DNA of 62,977 bases, the filler included, from Dehalococcoidia bacterium (GTDB taxonomy: Bacteria; Chloroflexota; Dehalococcoidia; DSTF01; JACRBR01): assembly GCA_041494685.1 (NCBI GenBank). It is 5 parts of 4 records of this genome, joined end to end, with 100 filler letters (N's around TTAATTAATTAA, not from the genome) between each part and the next. Parts side by side here need not be neighbours in the genome. Positions count along the whole stretch, not along the records: positions 28,800 to 56,651 come from JBGQBE010000006.1; 4 more parts are not named here. The stretch is one strand, 5' to 3'. Each line of letters begins with the position of its first letter. Positions within the stretch are counted from its first letter, which is position 1. Of this stretch, positions 46,041 through 55,904 are shown one piece after another. Both the position numbers and the translations under genes were made by a program. The notes beneath the pieces were generated by a model. That model was not told where the DNA came from and did no database searches. It saw only the letters and a list, made by a program, of their open reading frames with translations.

Positions 46041-47321
46041 CTATGCACGGACCGGTGCGGGGAGCGCTGTTCCTTGCAATGACCACGCGGTTGCGTTTGC
46101 GATGCGGACCGCGGCCATGCGGCCGATCTCCGCGTCGCCTTCGAAGTGTACCAGCTTGCCCGCGCGGTTACGACCGCTCCAGCGCCCTTCGCGGCGGCCT
46201 TCGACAAGCACCTCCTGCACCGTGTCAAGGAGCCGCCGGTTGATCTCCAGCGAGATCCGCGCCTCCAGCTCCTCGACCGCGTGCAGCCGTTCCTGCTTCA
46301 CCTCGGCGGGCACGTCGTCCGCCAGCTTGCGGTGCGCGATCGTCCCCGGACGCGGCGAGTACGCGGCCACGTGCACCTTGTCGAAGCGCAGGCGCTCCAG
46401 CAGCGCGTACGTGTTGTGGAACGCGGCGTCCGTCTCGCCGCAGAACCCGACGATGATGTCCGTCACCATCGCGGCGTCCGGCATGCGCGACTTCACCAGC
46501 TCGAACTTCTCCAGGTACTCGGCCAGCGTGTAGCCGCGGCGCATGCGCTCCAGCACCGCCTCGTCGCCGGCCTGCACCGGGATGTAGAAATTCTCGCAGA
46601 CCTTCGGCAGTTCGGCGACGGCGTCGATGATCCGCGCGGTCATGTCCTTCGGGTACGACGTGAGGAAGCGGATGCGCTCCAGCCCTGGCGTGTCGTGGAT
46701 GGCGCGCATCAGGTCGCCCAGGTCGGGCGCGTCCGGCAGGTCGTGGCCGTACGCCTCGACCGTCTGGCCCAGCAGCGTCACCTCGCGCACGCCGCGCGCG
46801 CAGTAGTGCTCGATCTCGTTGCGGATGTCGGCGATCGTGCGGCTCTGCTCTCGGCCGCGGCGATACGGCACGATGCAGTACGTGCAGAACTTGTCGCAGC
46901 CGTGGATAACGGGCACGAACGCGGTCACGGCGTCCGGCTCGGCGAAGGTCGTCGGCCAGAACTCGCCGCCGCTGTCGTCGGCGCCGGCGATCTCCATGAT
47001 CGGCGAGAAGTCCTGCGGCCGCGCGAAGACGTCGACGTACGGGAAGCGGCGCCGCAGGTCGTCGTCCTTCGGGCCGACCATGCAGCCCATGACGGCGATC
47101 TTCATGTCGTGCCCGCGCGAGCGCAGCTTCTTCAGCCGGCCGAGCTGGCCGATGGCGCGGTCTTCGGCGTGCTCGCGGACAGAGCACGTGTTGAGCACGA
47201 CCAGGTCGGCCAGCTCAGGCGCGTCGACGGCGCTCAGGCCGGCGCGGTCCAGCCCGGCGGCCAGCTTCCGCGAATCGGCCACGTTCATCTGACAGCCGAC
47301 GGTCCAGATGTGGTACTTCAC
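46041..47321 (-). CDS. miaB: tRNA 2-methylthio-N6-isopentenyladenosine methylthiotransferase
   Basis: GCQMNVADS, NTCSVRE.AE, GCDKFCTYCIVPYRRG, TRAM domain. Confidence 0.95.
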   Translation of the reverse strand: MKYHIWTVGCQMNVADSRKLAAGLDRAGLSAVDAPELADLVVLNTCSVREHAEDRAIGQLGRLKKLRSRGHDMKIAVMGCMVGPKDDDLRRRFPYVDVFARPQDFSPIMEIAGADDSGGEFWPTTFAEPDAVTAFVPVIHGCDKFCTYCIVPYRRGREQSRTIADIRNEIEHYCARGVREVTLLGQTVEAYGHDLPDAPDLGDLMRAIHDTPGLERIRFLTSYPKDMTARIIDAVAELPKVCENFYIPVQAGDEAVLERMRRGYTLAEYLEKFELVKSRMPDAAMVTDIIVGFCGETDAAFHNTYALLERLRFDKVHVAAYSPRPGTIAHRKLADDVPAEVKQERLHAVEELEARISLEINRRLLDTVQEVLVEGRREGRWSGRNRAGKLVHFEGDAEIGRMAAVRIANATAWSLQGTALPAPVRA

Positions 47322-47411
47322 GGAGGGAGTGTAGCGCGTCAGCCGGTCAGCACGTACCAAACGACAAAGCGCCGCCGCCAGCCTCGCGCAAGATCCTGTA
47401 GAGGTCCGGCG

Positions 47412-48077
47412 CTACACGCCCTGCTCAACCGGAAGGCCCGCAGCCTGCCACTCGGGGAATCCGCCTTCAAGGCGGCGCGCACGCCGGCCGTTCGCGTGCA
47501 GCAGTTCGATCGACTGCGGCGCCAGCACGCAATACGGGCCGCGACAGTACGCGACGATCTCGACATCGGCAGGCAGCTTATCGAGTCGAGCGGACAATTC
47601 TTCGAGTGGGATCGAGAGTGCCCCACGGATGTGGCCGGCCGTGAACTCCTCTACCGGGCGCACATCGAGCACCACGACGTCGCCGGTGTCGATCCTCCGC
47701 AGCAGTTCTTCACGACCGACAGGATCGAGCGCGTCGCGTGCGGCGAAATACGTCCGCACCGTCTGTTCCACCTCGGTCAAACGGGCCCGCGCGAGGTCTT
47801 GGAGAGCCACCAGGAATTGCGACACGGTGTCGTCGGCGATCCGATAGTAGACGCGCGTGCCCTCCTTGCGCGTGGACACGAGACGGGCCTGGCGCAGTAG
47901 CTGTAGGTGCGAGGATGCGGTGGTCAGGCCGAGATCGGTCGCCGCGGCGATCCCTTCGACGCTGCGCTCCCCCTGGCGGAGCAGGTCGAGGATTTCGAGC
48001 CGTTTTGGGCTGCCCGCTGCCTTGCCGACTCGGGCGAACTGCTCGTACAGGGCGTCCTTTACTTCGCGTGGCTGCAC
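47412..48077 (-). CDS. ArsR/SmtB regulator fused to rhodanese domain
   Basis: SPKRLEILDLL...SSHLQLLR HTH; LDVRP.EEF..GHI.GA, YCRGPYC. Confidence 0.93.
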   Translation of the reverse strand: MQPREVKDALYEQFARVGKAAGSPKRLEILDLLRQGERSVEGIAAATDLGLTTASSHLQLLRQARLVSTRKEGTRVYYRIADDTVSQFLVALQDLARARLTEVEQTVRTYFAARDALDPVGREELLRRIDTGDVVVLDVRPVEEFTAGHIRGALSIPLEELSARLDKLPADVEIVAYCRGPYCVLAPQSIELLHANGRRARRLEGGFPEWQAAGLPVEQGV

Positions 48078-48095
48078 GACTTGCGCTTCCCCCTA

Positions 48096-48118
48096 TATTC
48101 CATATATGTTTGGATAAT
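48096..48118. promoter_or_regulatory. Putative ArsR operator palindrome between divergent genes
   Basis: AT-rich TATTCCA-TATATGTT-TGGATAAT imperfect inverted repeat. Confidence 0.55.
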
Positions 48119-48182
48119 CGTAGAACTTACCTCCCGCGACCGCAAGTCGCCTCTTCCGTACGAGACAGCATTGGAGACCGAG

Positions 48183-49337
48183 ATGGCCGAATCACCACGC
48201 GTCGTAGTGCTCGGAGGCGGCATCGGTGGCGTCGTCGCCGCACGCCGCATTCGCTCCCTCGCCCCGGGCGACACCCGTGTGATCCTGATCGATCACCAGG
48301 CGCTTCAAACCTTCCCGCCCTCCTACACGTGGGTGATGACCGGCGAGCGCAACACCGCTGCCATCACGCGTGATCTCCGCCGGCTCCGGCGGAAGGGCAT
48401 CGAGGTGATCGAGGGCGCGGTCGAGGCCATCGACTTCGAGACCAGGAAGATCGTCGCTGGCGCCTCGGAGATCGCGTACGACTACCTCGTGGTGGCGCTG
48501 GGCGCCGAGCTCGCCTCCGATGCCATCCCGGGACTCGCCGACCAGGCGTTTTCCTATTACCGCGCTTCCGACGCCGAGCGGCTGCATGGAGCATTGGCTG
48601 ATTTCACGGGCGGCCGTGTCGCCGTGTTGATCCCATCGCTCCCGTACAAGTGCCCTGCGGCTCCATACGAGGGCGCCATGCTGCTCGATGCACTCTTCCG
48701 CAAGCGCGGCATCCGCAGCCGCGTCGACATCTCGCTATCGACGCCCGAGCCGCAACCGCTGCCGGTGGCCGGTCCCGTGCTCGGATCCGCTGTCGTCTCC
48801 ATGCTCGAACAGAAAGACATCGCCTACCACCCGCAGCGCAAGACCACCGAGATCGCCGCGAGTGAGCACGAGATCGTCTTCGACGACGGCGTACGCGAGA
48901 AGTACGACCTTCTTGTCGCCGTGCCTCCCCACCGGCCGCCGGTCGTCGTGCGCGAATCAGCGATCGCAGCTCCCTCAGGATGGGTGAAGGTCGATGCCAA
49001 TACGCTGGCTACGGAGCGTCCGCATGTGTACGCGATCGGCGATGTCACCGCCATTCCGCTCTTCGACGGCATGATGCTGCCCAAGGCCGGCGTCTTCGCC
49101 CATGCCGAGGCCGAGGTCGTCGCCCGGAACATCGCCGCTGAGATCCGCGGACGCGGCGAGCGTCGCCGCTTCGACGGCCACGGGTACTGCTTCCTCGAAG
49201 TGGGCGACGGCAAAGCGGCGTCCGCCAACGGCGATTTCTACGCATCGCCCCGGCAGGTGCAGATGCAGGATCCTGCCCGCTTGCGGCGTCTCGGGAAGAT
49301 GCTGTTCGAGCGCTGGTGGCTCTACAGGTGGTACTGA
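48183..49337 (+). CDS. Sulfide:quinone oxidoreductase-like flavoprotein
   Basis: GGGIGG, YKCPAAPYE, YAIGD, PKAG, GYCFLE, aromatic C-terminal helix. Confidence 0.8.
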   Translation: MAESPRVVVLGGGIGGVVAARRIRSLAPGDTRVILIDHQALQTFPPSYTWVMTGERNTAAITRDLRRLRRKGIEVIEGAVEAIDFETRKIVAGASEIAYDYLVVALGAELASDAIPGLADQAFSYYRASDAERLHGALADFTGGRVAVLIPSLPYKCPAAPYEGAMLLDALFRKRGIRSRVDISLSTPEPQPLPVAGPVLGSAVVSMLEQKDIAYHPQRKTTEIAASEHEIVFDDGVREKYDLLVAVPPHRPPVVVRESAIAAPSGWVKVDANTLATERPHVYAIGDVTAIPLFDGMMLPKAGVFAHAEAEVVARNIAAEIRGRGERRRFDGHGYCFLEVGDGKAASANGDFYASPRQVQMQDPARLRRLGKMLFERWWLYRWY

Positions 49338-49413
49338 CATGAGGCTCTCGCAGGGATCAGCCCAGCACCCGCCAGGTGCGGGTTACACCACAGTCGCATT
49401 GAGGTAGGAAGTC

Positions 49414-49764
49414 ATGAACGCTCTCTTCATCATCAACGACCCGCCATATGGCACGGAACGAGCCTACAACGCGCTCCGGCTGGCGTATTCGCTCGTGCAG
49501 CGTGACGGTGCCGGCGTGCGTGTCTTCCTGATCGGCGACGCCGCTTCATGCGCGAAACGTGGACAGCAGGTGCCGAACGGCTACTACAACTTGGAACGCA
49601 TGCTCAGCGCCATCGCCCGCCGCGGCGGTGACGTCGGCGTGTGCGGCAGCTGCATGGATGCGCGCGGCATCACCGACCCGGAACTCGTTGAAGGGGCGCA
49701 TCGCAGCAGCATGGACGAGTTAACCGACTGGACACTGGCAGCCGACCGCGTCCTCACGTTCTGA
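49414..49764 (+). CDS. DsrE/YchN-family sulfur relay protein
   Basis: NDPPYGTERAYNALRLA, CGSCMDARG. Confidence 0.9.
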   Translation: MNALFIINDPPYGTERAYNALRLAYSLVQRDGAGVRVFLIGDAASCAKRGQQVPNGYYNLERMLSAIARRGGDVGVCGSCMDARGITDPELVEGAHRSSMDELTDWTLAADRVLTF

Positions 49765-49805
49765 TCTCCACGCGGCGAACGGCAAACAGCGGGCAACAAA
49801 GGGCT

Positions 49806-49871
49806 GTCAGCTGGTCAGCCTGTCAGCTAACAAACTCTCGTCCTGACAGGCTGACTAGCTGACCCGCTGCC
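49806..49871. repeat. Octamer-repeat inverted repeat
   Basis: GTCAGCTG GTCAGCCT GTCAGCTA ... CTGACAGG CTGACTAG CTGACCCG; related GTCAGCCG GTCAGCAC at 47338-47353. Confidence 0.7.
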
Positions 49872-50827
49872 TACGCCGCGCGACGCGCCGTCACCTGCAG
49901 CTTGTTGCCCCAGCGGCCGAGCGCGGCGTCGGCCAGCGAGACGGCGGCGCGGTAGGCGCGGCGCGTGATCGGGCGCGAGGCGAGGCGCATGACGCGGCCG
50001 GGCTCGTGCTTGTAGTACATCAGGTAGCGGCCCTGCGCCGTCACGTCGAAGCCGTGAGCGCGCAGCTCGCGAGCGACATCCTCCGGGCGCAGGCGCGCGA
50101 CGCGGTTGCCGGCATCCTCCCACGCCTGCGAGATGCCGAGCTTCACCATGGCGGCCGTGCCCAGCGCGTCGGCGGGCTCGTTGACGCTGACGGCGCCGCT
50201 CGCGACGCGCGCCAGCTCGCGCAGACCCAGGGCGGGCTGCCCGAGGTGGTGCAGGCCGTCGTGCACGTAGCCAATGTCCGCCGCGGCGTCGCGCAGCGGC
50301 AGGTGCTCGACGTCGCCGACGACGACCAGGTAGTCGAGGCCGTAGCGCTGCGCGCGGGCGAGCGCACGCTGCGCGCAGCCCTCCGAGATATCGACGGCGA
50401 TCACGCCGGCGCCCTCCCGCGCCAGCAGCTCCGCGTCCATGCCGCTGCCGCAGCACGCGTCGACGACGGTCGCGCCGCGCAGCGGCGGCAGGTGCTCGAC
50501 GCTGCGCCGGAACTTCTGCTGGATCAGCCAGCGGTACGCCTCGGGCGCATCGTTGGGACGGCTGATCTCGAACTCTTCGGCGACACCACGGTCGAAGTAG
50601 TCCGCCTGCTGGTGCTTGTGGGCGTGCATGTGGTCGATCTCGTCATGCACGTCCGACGCGTCGAAGCCGGCCGGCAGCAGGATCGGGATGCCGCCGTGGA
50701 CGTGGTAGGCGGCGGCGCAGAGGCTGCAGATGATCTCGCCGTCGCGCATTGCCACGTCGAGGCCGATCAGCTCGCCGTCGCGGCAGTCGGGGCAGACAAG
50801 GAGTCCGAGCAGATCAGGCCGCTGCAC
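49871..50827 (-). CDS. Class I SAM methyltransferase with N-terminal Trm112-like zinc ribbon
   Basis: LVCPDC...CSLC...GIPILL; VVDACCGSG; GDVEHLP. Confidence 0.85.
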   Translation of the reverse strand: MQRPDLLGLLVCPDCRDGELIGLDVAMRDGEIICSLCAAAYHVHGGIPILLPAGFDASDVHDEIDHMHAHKHQQADYFDRGVAEEFEISRPNDAPEAYRWLIQQKFRRSVEHLPPLRGATVVDACCGSGMDAELLAREGAGVIAVDISEGCAQRALARAQRYGLDYLVVVGDVEHLPLRDAAADIGYVHDGLHHLGQPALGLRELARVASGAVSVNEPADALGTAAMVKLGISQAWEDAGNRVARLRPEDVARELRAHGFDVTAQGRYLMYYKHEPGRVMRLASRPITRRAYRAAVSLADAALGRWGNKLQVTARRAA

Positions 50828-51695
50828 GGGTCTCTCCTTCCGACACAGCGTCGCGGCCCGCGTCCGACGCCGGCCCGGACGCGCCGGCGATGCGGCGCTC
50901 CGCCAGCCTGGCGTCGATCATCAGCTCGTACATGGCGATCAGGGCGCAGAACAGCAGGCCGCGCCGCCCGTCGAGGAAGCCGCGCTTCACGACGTACAGC
51001 CACGCGAAGCGGATCAGCGGCCGGCCCGGCAACCGGAACCAGACGCGGTCCTTCATCGCGCGGCGACGGTCCGCCCACGATCCCATCCACGACCCCTTCT
51101 TGCGGTCCGCGGCGGGGTCCATGATCTGCGCTGCCTCGAGCGCCGCGTAACGGTTGTGCCGCTCGATGAAGGCGGTGAGCCCCTTGCGGTTCTCGTGCAT
51201 CAGCGCGACGCGCAGAGGGCGCGCCTCGCCGTCGACGATCATGTGCTCGTGCACCTGCACATCCTCGCAGCGGGCCCCTGCCCTGCGGAACAGGCGCAGC
51301 TGGTAATCCGGGTACCACCACGCGTGCTTCAGCTCCTGTCCCAGGAAGATGTAGCGCCGCGCGACGTAGTAGCCGGCCACACCCGGCGCGCCCACGGCGT
51401 CGCGCATCTCAGCAACCGCGGCTTCGGGCAGGTACTCGTCGGCATCGAGAAACAGCACCCAGTCTGTAGTTATGTCGAGTTCGCGGAGCGCCCAGTTCTT
51501 CTGCCCCGCGTGCCCCTCCCACTCGTGCTGCACCACCTCCGCGCCGTGCGCCGTCGCAATCTCGCGCGTGCCGTCGCTGCTGCCGCAGTCCACGACGATG
51601 ACGCGCCCGAGCGGCCGCGCCGAGCGCACGCAGCGCGCGACGTGCAGCGACTCGTCGCGCGTCGGGATGATCACTGTGATGTTGCTGTCGCTCAT
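50814..51695 (-). CDS. Glycosyltransferase family 2
   Basis: VIIPTRDE, VDCGSSDGT, FLDADE, RGFLDG. Confidence 0.92.
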   Translation of the reverse strand: MSDSNITVIIPTRDESLHVARCVRSARPLGRVIVVDCGSSDGTREIATAHGAEVVQHEWEGHAGQKNWALRELDITTDWVLFLDADEYLPEAAVAEMRDAVGAPGVAGYYVARRYIFLGQELKHAWWYPDYQLRLFRRAGARCEDVQVHEHMIVDGEARPLRVALMHENRKGLTAFIERHNRYAALEAAQIMDPAADRKKGSWMGSWADRRRAMKDRVWFRLPGRPLIRFAWLYVVKRGFLDGRRGLLFCALIAMYELMIDARLAERRIAGASGPASDAGRDAVSEGETRAAA

Positions 51696-52867
51696 GCCGC
51701 CACCCTCTCGTACATCGCAGCCAGCCGCGGGCCGACCGCGGCCCAGTCGTAGCGCCGCGCAAACGCGCGCGCGGCAACGCCAAGCGATGCGCGCCGCGCA
51801 CCGTCGCCCAGCAGCGAAGCTATCGCAAGGGCGAACGCCGCCGCATCGAGGTCGCAGATCACGCCCGCGCCCGCGTCAGCGATCTCCGGCGCGATGTTGA
51901 CGCCGGGCGCGATCACGGCCGCACGGCCCGCCGCCAGCGCTTCCGCGACGGCGATGCCGAAGTTCTCCGAGTGAGACGGCAGCGCCCAGACATCGGCCGC
52001 AGCCAGGGCGGCGAGCTTGTCCCGCCCGCGGAGCATGCCGGTGAACGCGACGCCGTCCCCCACGCCTTCGCGCACGGCCAGCGTTTCGAGTTCCGGCTGC
52101 AGGCCCTCGTCGTCCGGGCCGACGATCGCCAGGCGGCACGCCGGCACGTCGCGGCGGACGATGGCGTACGCGCGGATCAGCACGTCGAGCCCCTTCTTGC
52201 GCGAGAGCCGGCCGAGGAACATCAGCACGGGGCCGTCGTGGCCGCCGAGATGGCGCGCGCGGAACTCCTCGCCGGACGGCAGGTCCTGGAACTCGTCCCA
52301 GCGGATGCCGTTCGGGATGACATCGCGCGGCACGCCGGGGGCGACGTCGTCCGTGAGCCTCGCCTCCTCGTCGGACGTGACGTGCAGCGCCGACGCGTGC
52401 CGCAGCATGCCGCGCTGCCACAGCGCATCGGCGATCAGCTTCACCGGGCGGTTGCGCGCGCGCAGGTACGGGTCCAGCGAGCCTCGTGGCGAGACGACGT
52501 ACGGCACACCGCCGCCGCGCGCGCCGCGGTAAGCGGCGAACTGCGGGAACAGGAAGAGCGAGTGGATGTGCACGACGTCGTAGTCCTTCGCCTCGCGACG
52601 CAGCGCGCCCCACAGCTCCGGCGAGAACGCCAGGCGGTACGGCGCGCGCGCCGGGAAGAGGCGCAGGTCCAGCGTCTCCGCGCCCTGCGGCAGGTCCGCC
52701 GCGTCCACGCGCGCGTGGTACGACGCCGACGCGGCCTCCGCCATGTCCGTCGTGAAGATCGTTGTCTCGACGCCGCAGCGCTCGAGCGCCAGCGACGACT
52801 CGACGACCGCGACCGGCGGGCCGCCGGTGCGGGCAGCGAGGTTCGGGATGACGTGCAGCACTCTCAT
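51692..52867 (-). CDS. Glycosyltransferase family 4
   Basis: IPNG, GRL..KKG, PSHSENFGIAVAEA. Confidence 0.92.
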   Translation of the reverse strand: MRVLHVIPNLAARTGGPPVAVVESSLALERCGVETTIFTTDMAEAASASYHARVDAADLPQGAETLDLRLFPARAPYRLAFSPELWGALRREAKDYDVVHIHSLFLFPQFAAYRGARGGGVPYVVSPRGSLDPYLRARNRPVKLIADALWQRGMLRHASALHVTSDEEARLTDDVAPGVPRDVIPNGIRWDEFQDLPSGEEFRARHLGGHDGPVLMFLGRLSRKKGLDVLIRAYAIVRRDVPACRLAIVGPDDEGLQPELETLAVREGVGDGVAFTGMLRGRDKLAALAAADVWALPSHSENFGIAVAEALAAGRAAVIAPGVNIAPEIADAGAGVICDLDAAAFALAIASLLGDGARRASLGVAARAFARRYDWAAVGPRLAAMYERVAA

Positions 52868-54720
52868 GCGGCACGTCCGACCGGCGTCGCGATGGTTTGC
52901 GCCCAGCGGCAGAGCGCAAAGAGCGACCAGGCGGAGAGCCAGCGCCGCCCGTCCACGACGAACCGCTCCCAAACGTCGATCATCGCATCGGGGTTCAGCA
53001 GTTCGGACAGCGCGGCCGGCGGCTCGCGCAGCGTCGATTCGACCTCCGCGCGCATCGATTCGCGCATCCAGCGGCTGATCGGAAGCGCGAACCCCTGCTT
53101 CCGGCGATCCATGATCTCCGGCGGCAGCAGATCGCGCGTCGCCTCGACGAGCAGCCGCTTGTGGCCGCCGCGCCTCGCCGGCCCCGCAAGGTTGAGCACC
53201 CATTCGACGAGCGGCTGGTCGAGATACGGTACGCGCACCTCCAGGCTGTGAGCCATGCTCATCGCGTCCGTATCGCGCAGCAGCACGTTCTTCGTGTAGT
53301 TCGTCAGGTCGAGCGCGGACACCTGCCCGGACAGATCCCGCGATCGGTCGACCGCTTGCACTGCGGACACAATGCCGCGGTCGTCTCGACACGGCGAGAG
53401 GCGCGCCACCTCGTTCGGCAGAAAGAGCCGCCTCAGCAACTCGTACGATGAGTCACCCTGCTCGCGATGCGAGAGCCAGGCGTCGAGCTTGTCATCGTTT
53501 CCGGACCTGCCCGCCGCCCGCATGACGCCGCCGGCGAACCGCGCGACCGGCTGAGGCAGCCTCCGGGCAAGCTCGAGCGACGCCATCCGGCTCTCGTAGC
53601 CGTAGCCGTCAAACAGCTCGTCGGCGCCGAGGCCGCTCAGCGCGACCTTCAGCCCGCTGCTCGCGGCGGCACGCGACACAACGTAAGAGTTCACGCCGTC
53701 GAACGTCGGCTGGTCCATCGCCGCGAACGCGCCGCCCAGCGATTCCAGCAGGCTGTCCGGACGCAGCATCACCGATACGTGATCGCTTCCGATACGTTCC
53801 CTGACCAGATCGATGTACGGCCGTTCGGAGAACGCCGGATCGTCGAACACCACCGACACTGTCCGCAACCGCGACGTTCGGCTCGCCGCGAGCGCCGCCA
53901 GTACCGACGAGTCGATGCCGCCGGAGAGGAACACGCCAAGCGGCGCGTCGCTGACGAGATGGCGGTCGATGCTGTCTTCCAGTAGCGCCCGTAGTTCGAC
54001 CGCCGCGTCCTCGCGGCTTCGCTGCACGCCGCCGCTGTGGGGCGGCGACCAGTACCGGGCTACCCGTAGGTCGCCGTCGCGGAGCACAGCGGTGCATCCC
54101 GCCGGAAGCGCGAAGACGTCCTCGATCGCGGTGAGCGGCTCGCTGACCGCGCCAAAGGCCAGGTAGGTCTGCAGACCGCCGGCCGAGATGCGAGCCGGCA
54201 CGCGGCCGGACTGCAGCAGCGCCTTCACCTGCGAAGCAAACAGCAGCGAGCCGCCGTGCTGCCAGTAGTACAGCGGCTTGATGCCGAGCGGGTCACGCGC
54301 CATGAACAGCTGCCGCCTGCGCCCGTCCCAGATCGCGAAGGCGAACATGCCGCGCAGGCGCCGTACGCACGCCTCGCCATAGCGGGCGTATGCCTTCAGC
54401 ACGACCTCGGTATCGCAGCTCGATGCGAACTGCTCGCCGTCCCGCGCCAACTCTTCGCGCAATTCTCGATAGTTGTAGATCATCCCGTTGAAGACAACCG
54501 TCAGTCCGCGCGCTTCGTCCCGCATGGGCTGGTGCCCTGCCGGCGTCGGATCGATGATGGCGAGCCGGCGGTTGCCAAGCGCCACCGAACGATCGCCCGC
54601 CGCGATGTCGACGACGCCGCCGTCATCAGGCCCGCGCGCGACCATCTGGTCGCACATCGCGGCCACCGCCGCGCGCATGTCGTCGCCTCGGCAGCCAACA
54701 GCTCCCGCTATGCCGCACAT
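52864..54720 (-). CDS. asnB: Asparagine synthase (glutamine-hydrolysing)-like amidotransferase
   Basis: N-terminal MCGI, RGPD, FNG.IYN, LSGGIDSS, SGLGADELF. Confidence 0.92.
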   Translation of the reverse strand: MCGIAGAVGCRGDDMRAAVAAMCDQMVARGPDDGGVVDIAAGDRSVALGNRRLAIIDPTPAGHQPMRDEARGLTVVFNGMIYNYRELREELARDGEQFASSCDTEVVLKAYARYGEACVRRLRGMFAFAIWDGRRRQLFMARDPLGIKPLYYWQHGGSLLFASQVKALLQSGRVPARISAGGLQTYLAFGAVSEPLTAIEDVFALPAGCTAVLRDGDLRVARYWSPPHSGGVQRSREDAAVELRALLEDSIDRHLVSDAPLGVFLSGGIDSSVLAALAASRTSRLRTVSVVFDDPAFSERPYIDLVRERIGSDHVSVMLRPDSLLESLGGAFAAMDQPTFDGVNSYVVSRAAASSGLKVALSGLGADELFDGYGYESRMASLELARRLPQPVARFAGGVMRAAGRSGNDDKLDAWLSHREQGDSSYELLRRLFLPNEVARLSPCRDDRGIVSAVQAVDRSRDLSGQVSALDLTNYTKNVLLRDTDAMSMAHSLEVRVPYLDQPLVEWVLNLAGPARRGGHKRLLVEATRDLLPPEIMDRRKQGFALPISRWMRESMRAEVESTLREPPAALSELLNPDAMIDVWERFVVDGRRWLSAWSLFALCRWAQTIATPVGRAA

Positions 54721-55904
54721 ACGGTCCTCCGCTCATTGCCGCCATCACCGGGCTTCGCGCCACCGGACTCCGCCACAAGCTCGTACGCTCGCGCGACGCC
54801 TTCGATCGTCCGCGCCCACGTGAACTGAGCCGCGCGCTCGACGCCGCGCCGGCGCATCCTGGCAGCGAGTTCGGGCGACTCGAGGATCGCGCGCACCGCC
54901 GCACCAAGACCGGGAACATCGCCGGCGCCGGCCCGTAGCCCGGCATCAGCGACGACTTCGACAAGCGACTGGCAGTCCGAGGTGACGACCGGCAGCCCGC
55001 AGGCCATCGCCTCAAGCGGCGGCCAGCCGTAGCCCTCGTAGAACGATGGGAAGAGCAGGACGTCGCACGCGTTGTACAGCTCGACGAGGCGCTGGTCCGA
55101 CACGCGGCCGCACTCGATCACCGCACCTGCGACGTTGAGCCGCAGCGCGAGGTCCCGTTCGGCCGCATCGAGCGGCACGCCCACACGCACGAGCGCGACA
55201 TCGACGCCTGATTGCCGCAGCGCGGCCAGCACCCGCAGCGTGCCGGCGACGTTCTTGTATGCGTCGCCCGTCGACACGTGCAGGATCGTCTGCCGCGCGG
55301 CGCCCGGAACGGCCAGCTTCACGTGGTTCCGCGCACCGTCGGGCATCACGCGGAAGCGCGCGTCCACGCCGTATGGCACGACGCTGATCCGATCCGGATC
55401 GACGCCGCGCAGCGCAATCAGGTCGCGCTTCGTCGCGTCGCTGGGGCAGATCACGTGCGCGACGCGCCGCAGCCACGACGTGCTCCAGCGAAATCGCGCC
55501 AGCGAGACGCGCCGCGGCGTGAAGCCCGCGACGCCTTCGGCCGCCTTCAACTGCATCAGGTCATGGCACGAGATCACCGTACGCTCGTGCGGCAACAGCG
55601 CCGCAAGATGGCCGTAGCCGTGATCCAGGATGTGGTAGATCCCCACCCGTTTCGACCGCGCGGCGAGCGGATAGCGCGCGAAGCGGGTCGCGTAGCTGTC
55701 CAGCCGGCGGAGGCCGAGGCGGGCCGCAAGCGCCGATTCGTGCAGCATCGTCGACGTCATGACGATGGACTCGTGGCCGGCGAAGCCGCGCTCGATCTCA
55801 TCGGCGAGCCGCTCCATCGAGTACAACCGCTGCTCCGGCACGTCGCGCAGGAGCAGCACGTTCGTCCGGCGATCACTATGCTGCGCGTCACCGCGATGGT
55901 TCAC
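54708..55904 (-). CDS. Glycosyltransferase family 4
   Basis: FPSFYEGYGWPPLEAMACG. Confidence 0.9.
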   Translation of the reverse strand: MNHRGDAQHSDRRTNVLLLRDVPEQRLYSMERLADEIERGFAGHESIVMTSTMLHESALAARLGLRRLDSYATRFARYPLAARSKRVGIYHILDHGYGHLAALLPHERTVISCHDLMQLKAAEGVAGFTPRRVSLARFRWSTSWLRRVAHVICPSDATKRDLIALRGVDPDRISVVPYGVDARFRVMPDGARNHVKLAVPGAARQTILHVSTGDAYKNVAGTLRVLAALRQSGVDVALVRVGVPLDAAERDLALRLNVAGAVIECGRVSDQRLVELYNACDVLLFPSFYEGYGWPPLEAMACGLPVVTSDCQSLVEVVADAGLRAGAGDVPGLGAAVRAILESPELAARMRRRGVERAAQFTWARTIEGVARAYELVAESGGAKPGDGGNERRTVCAA

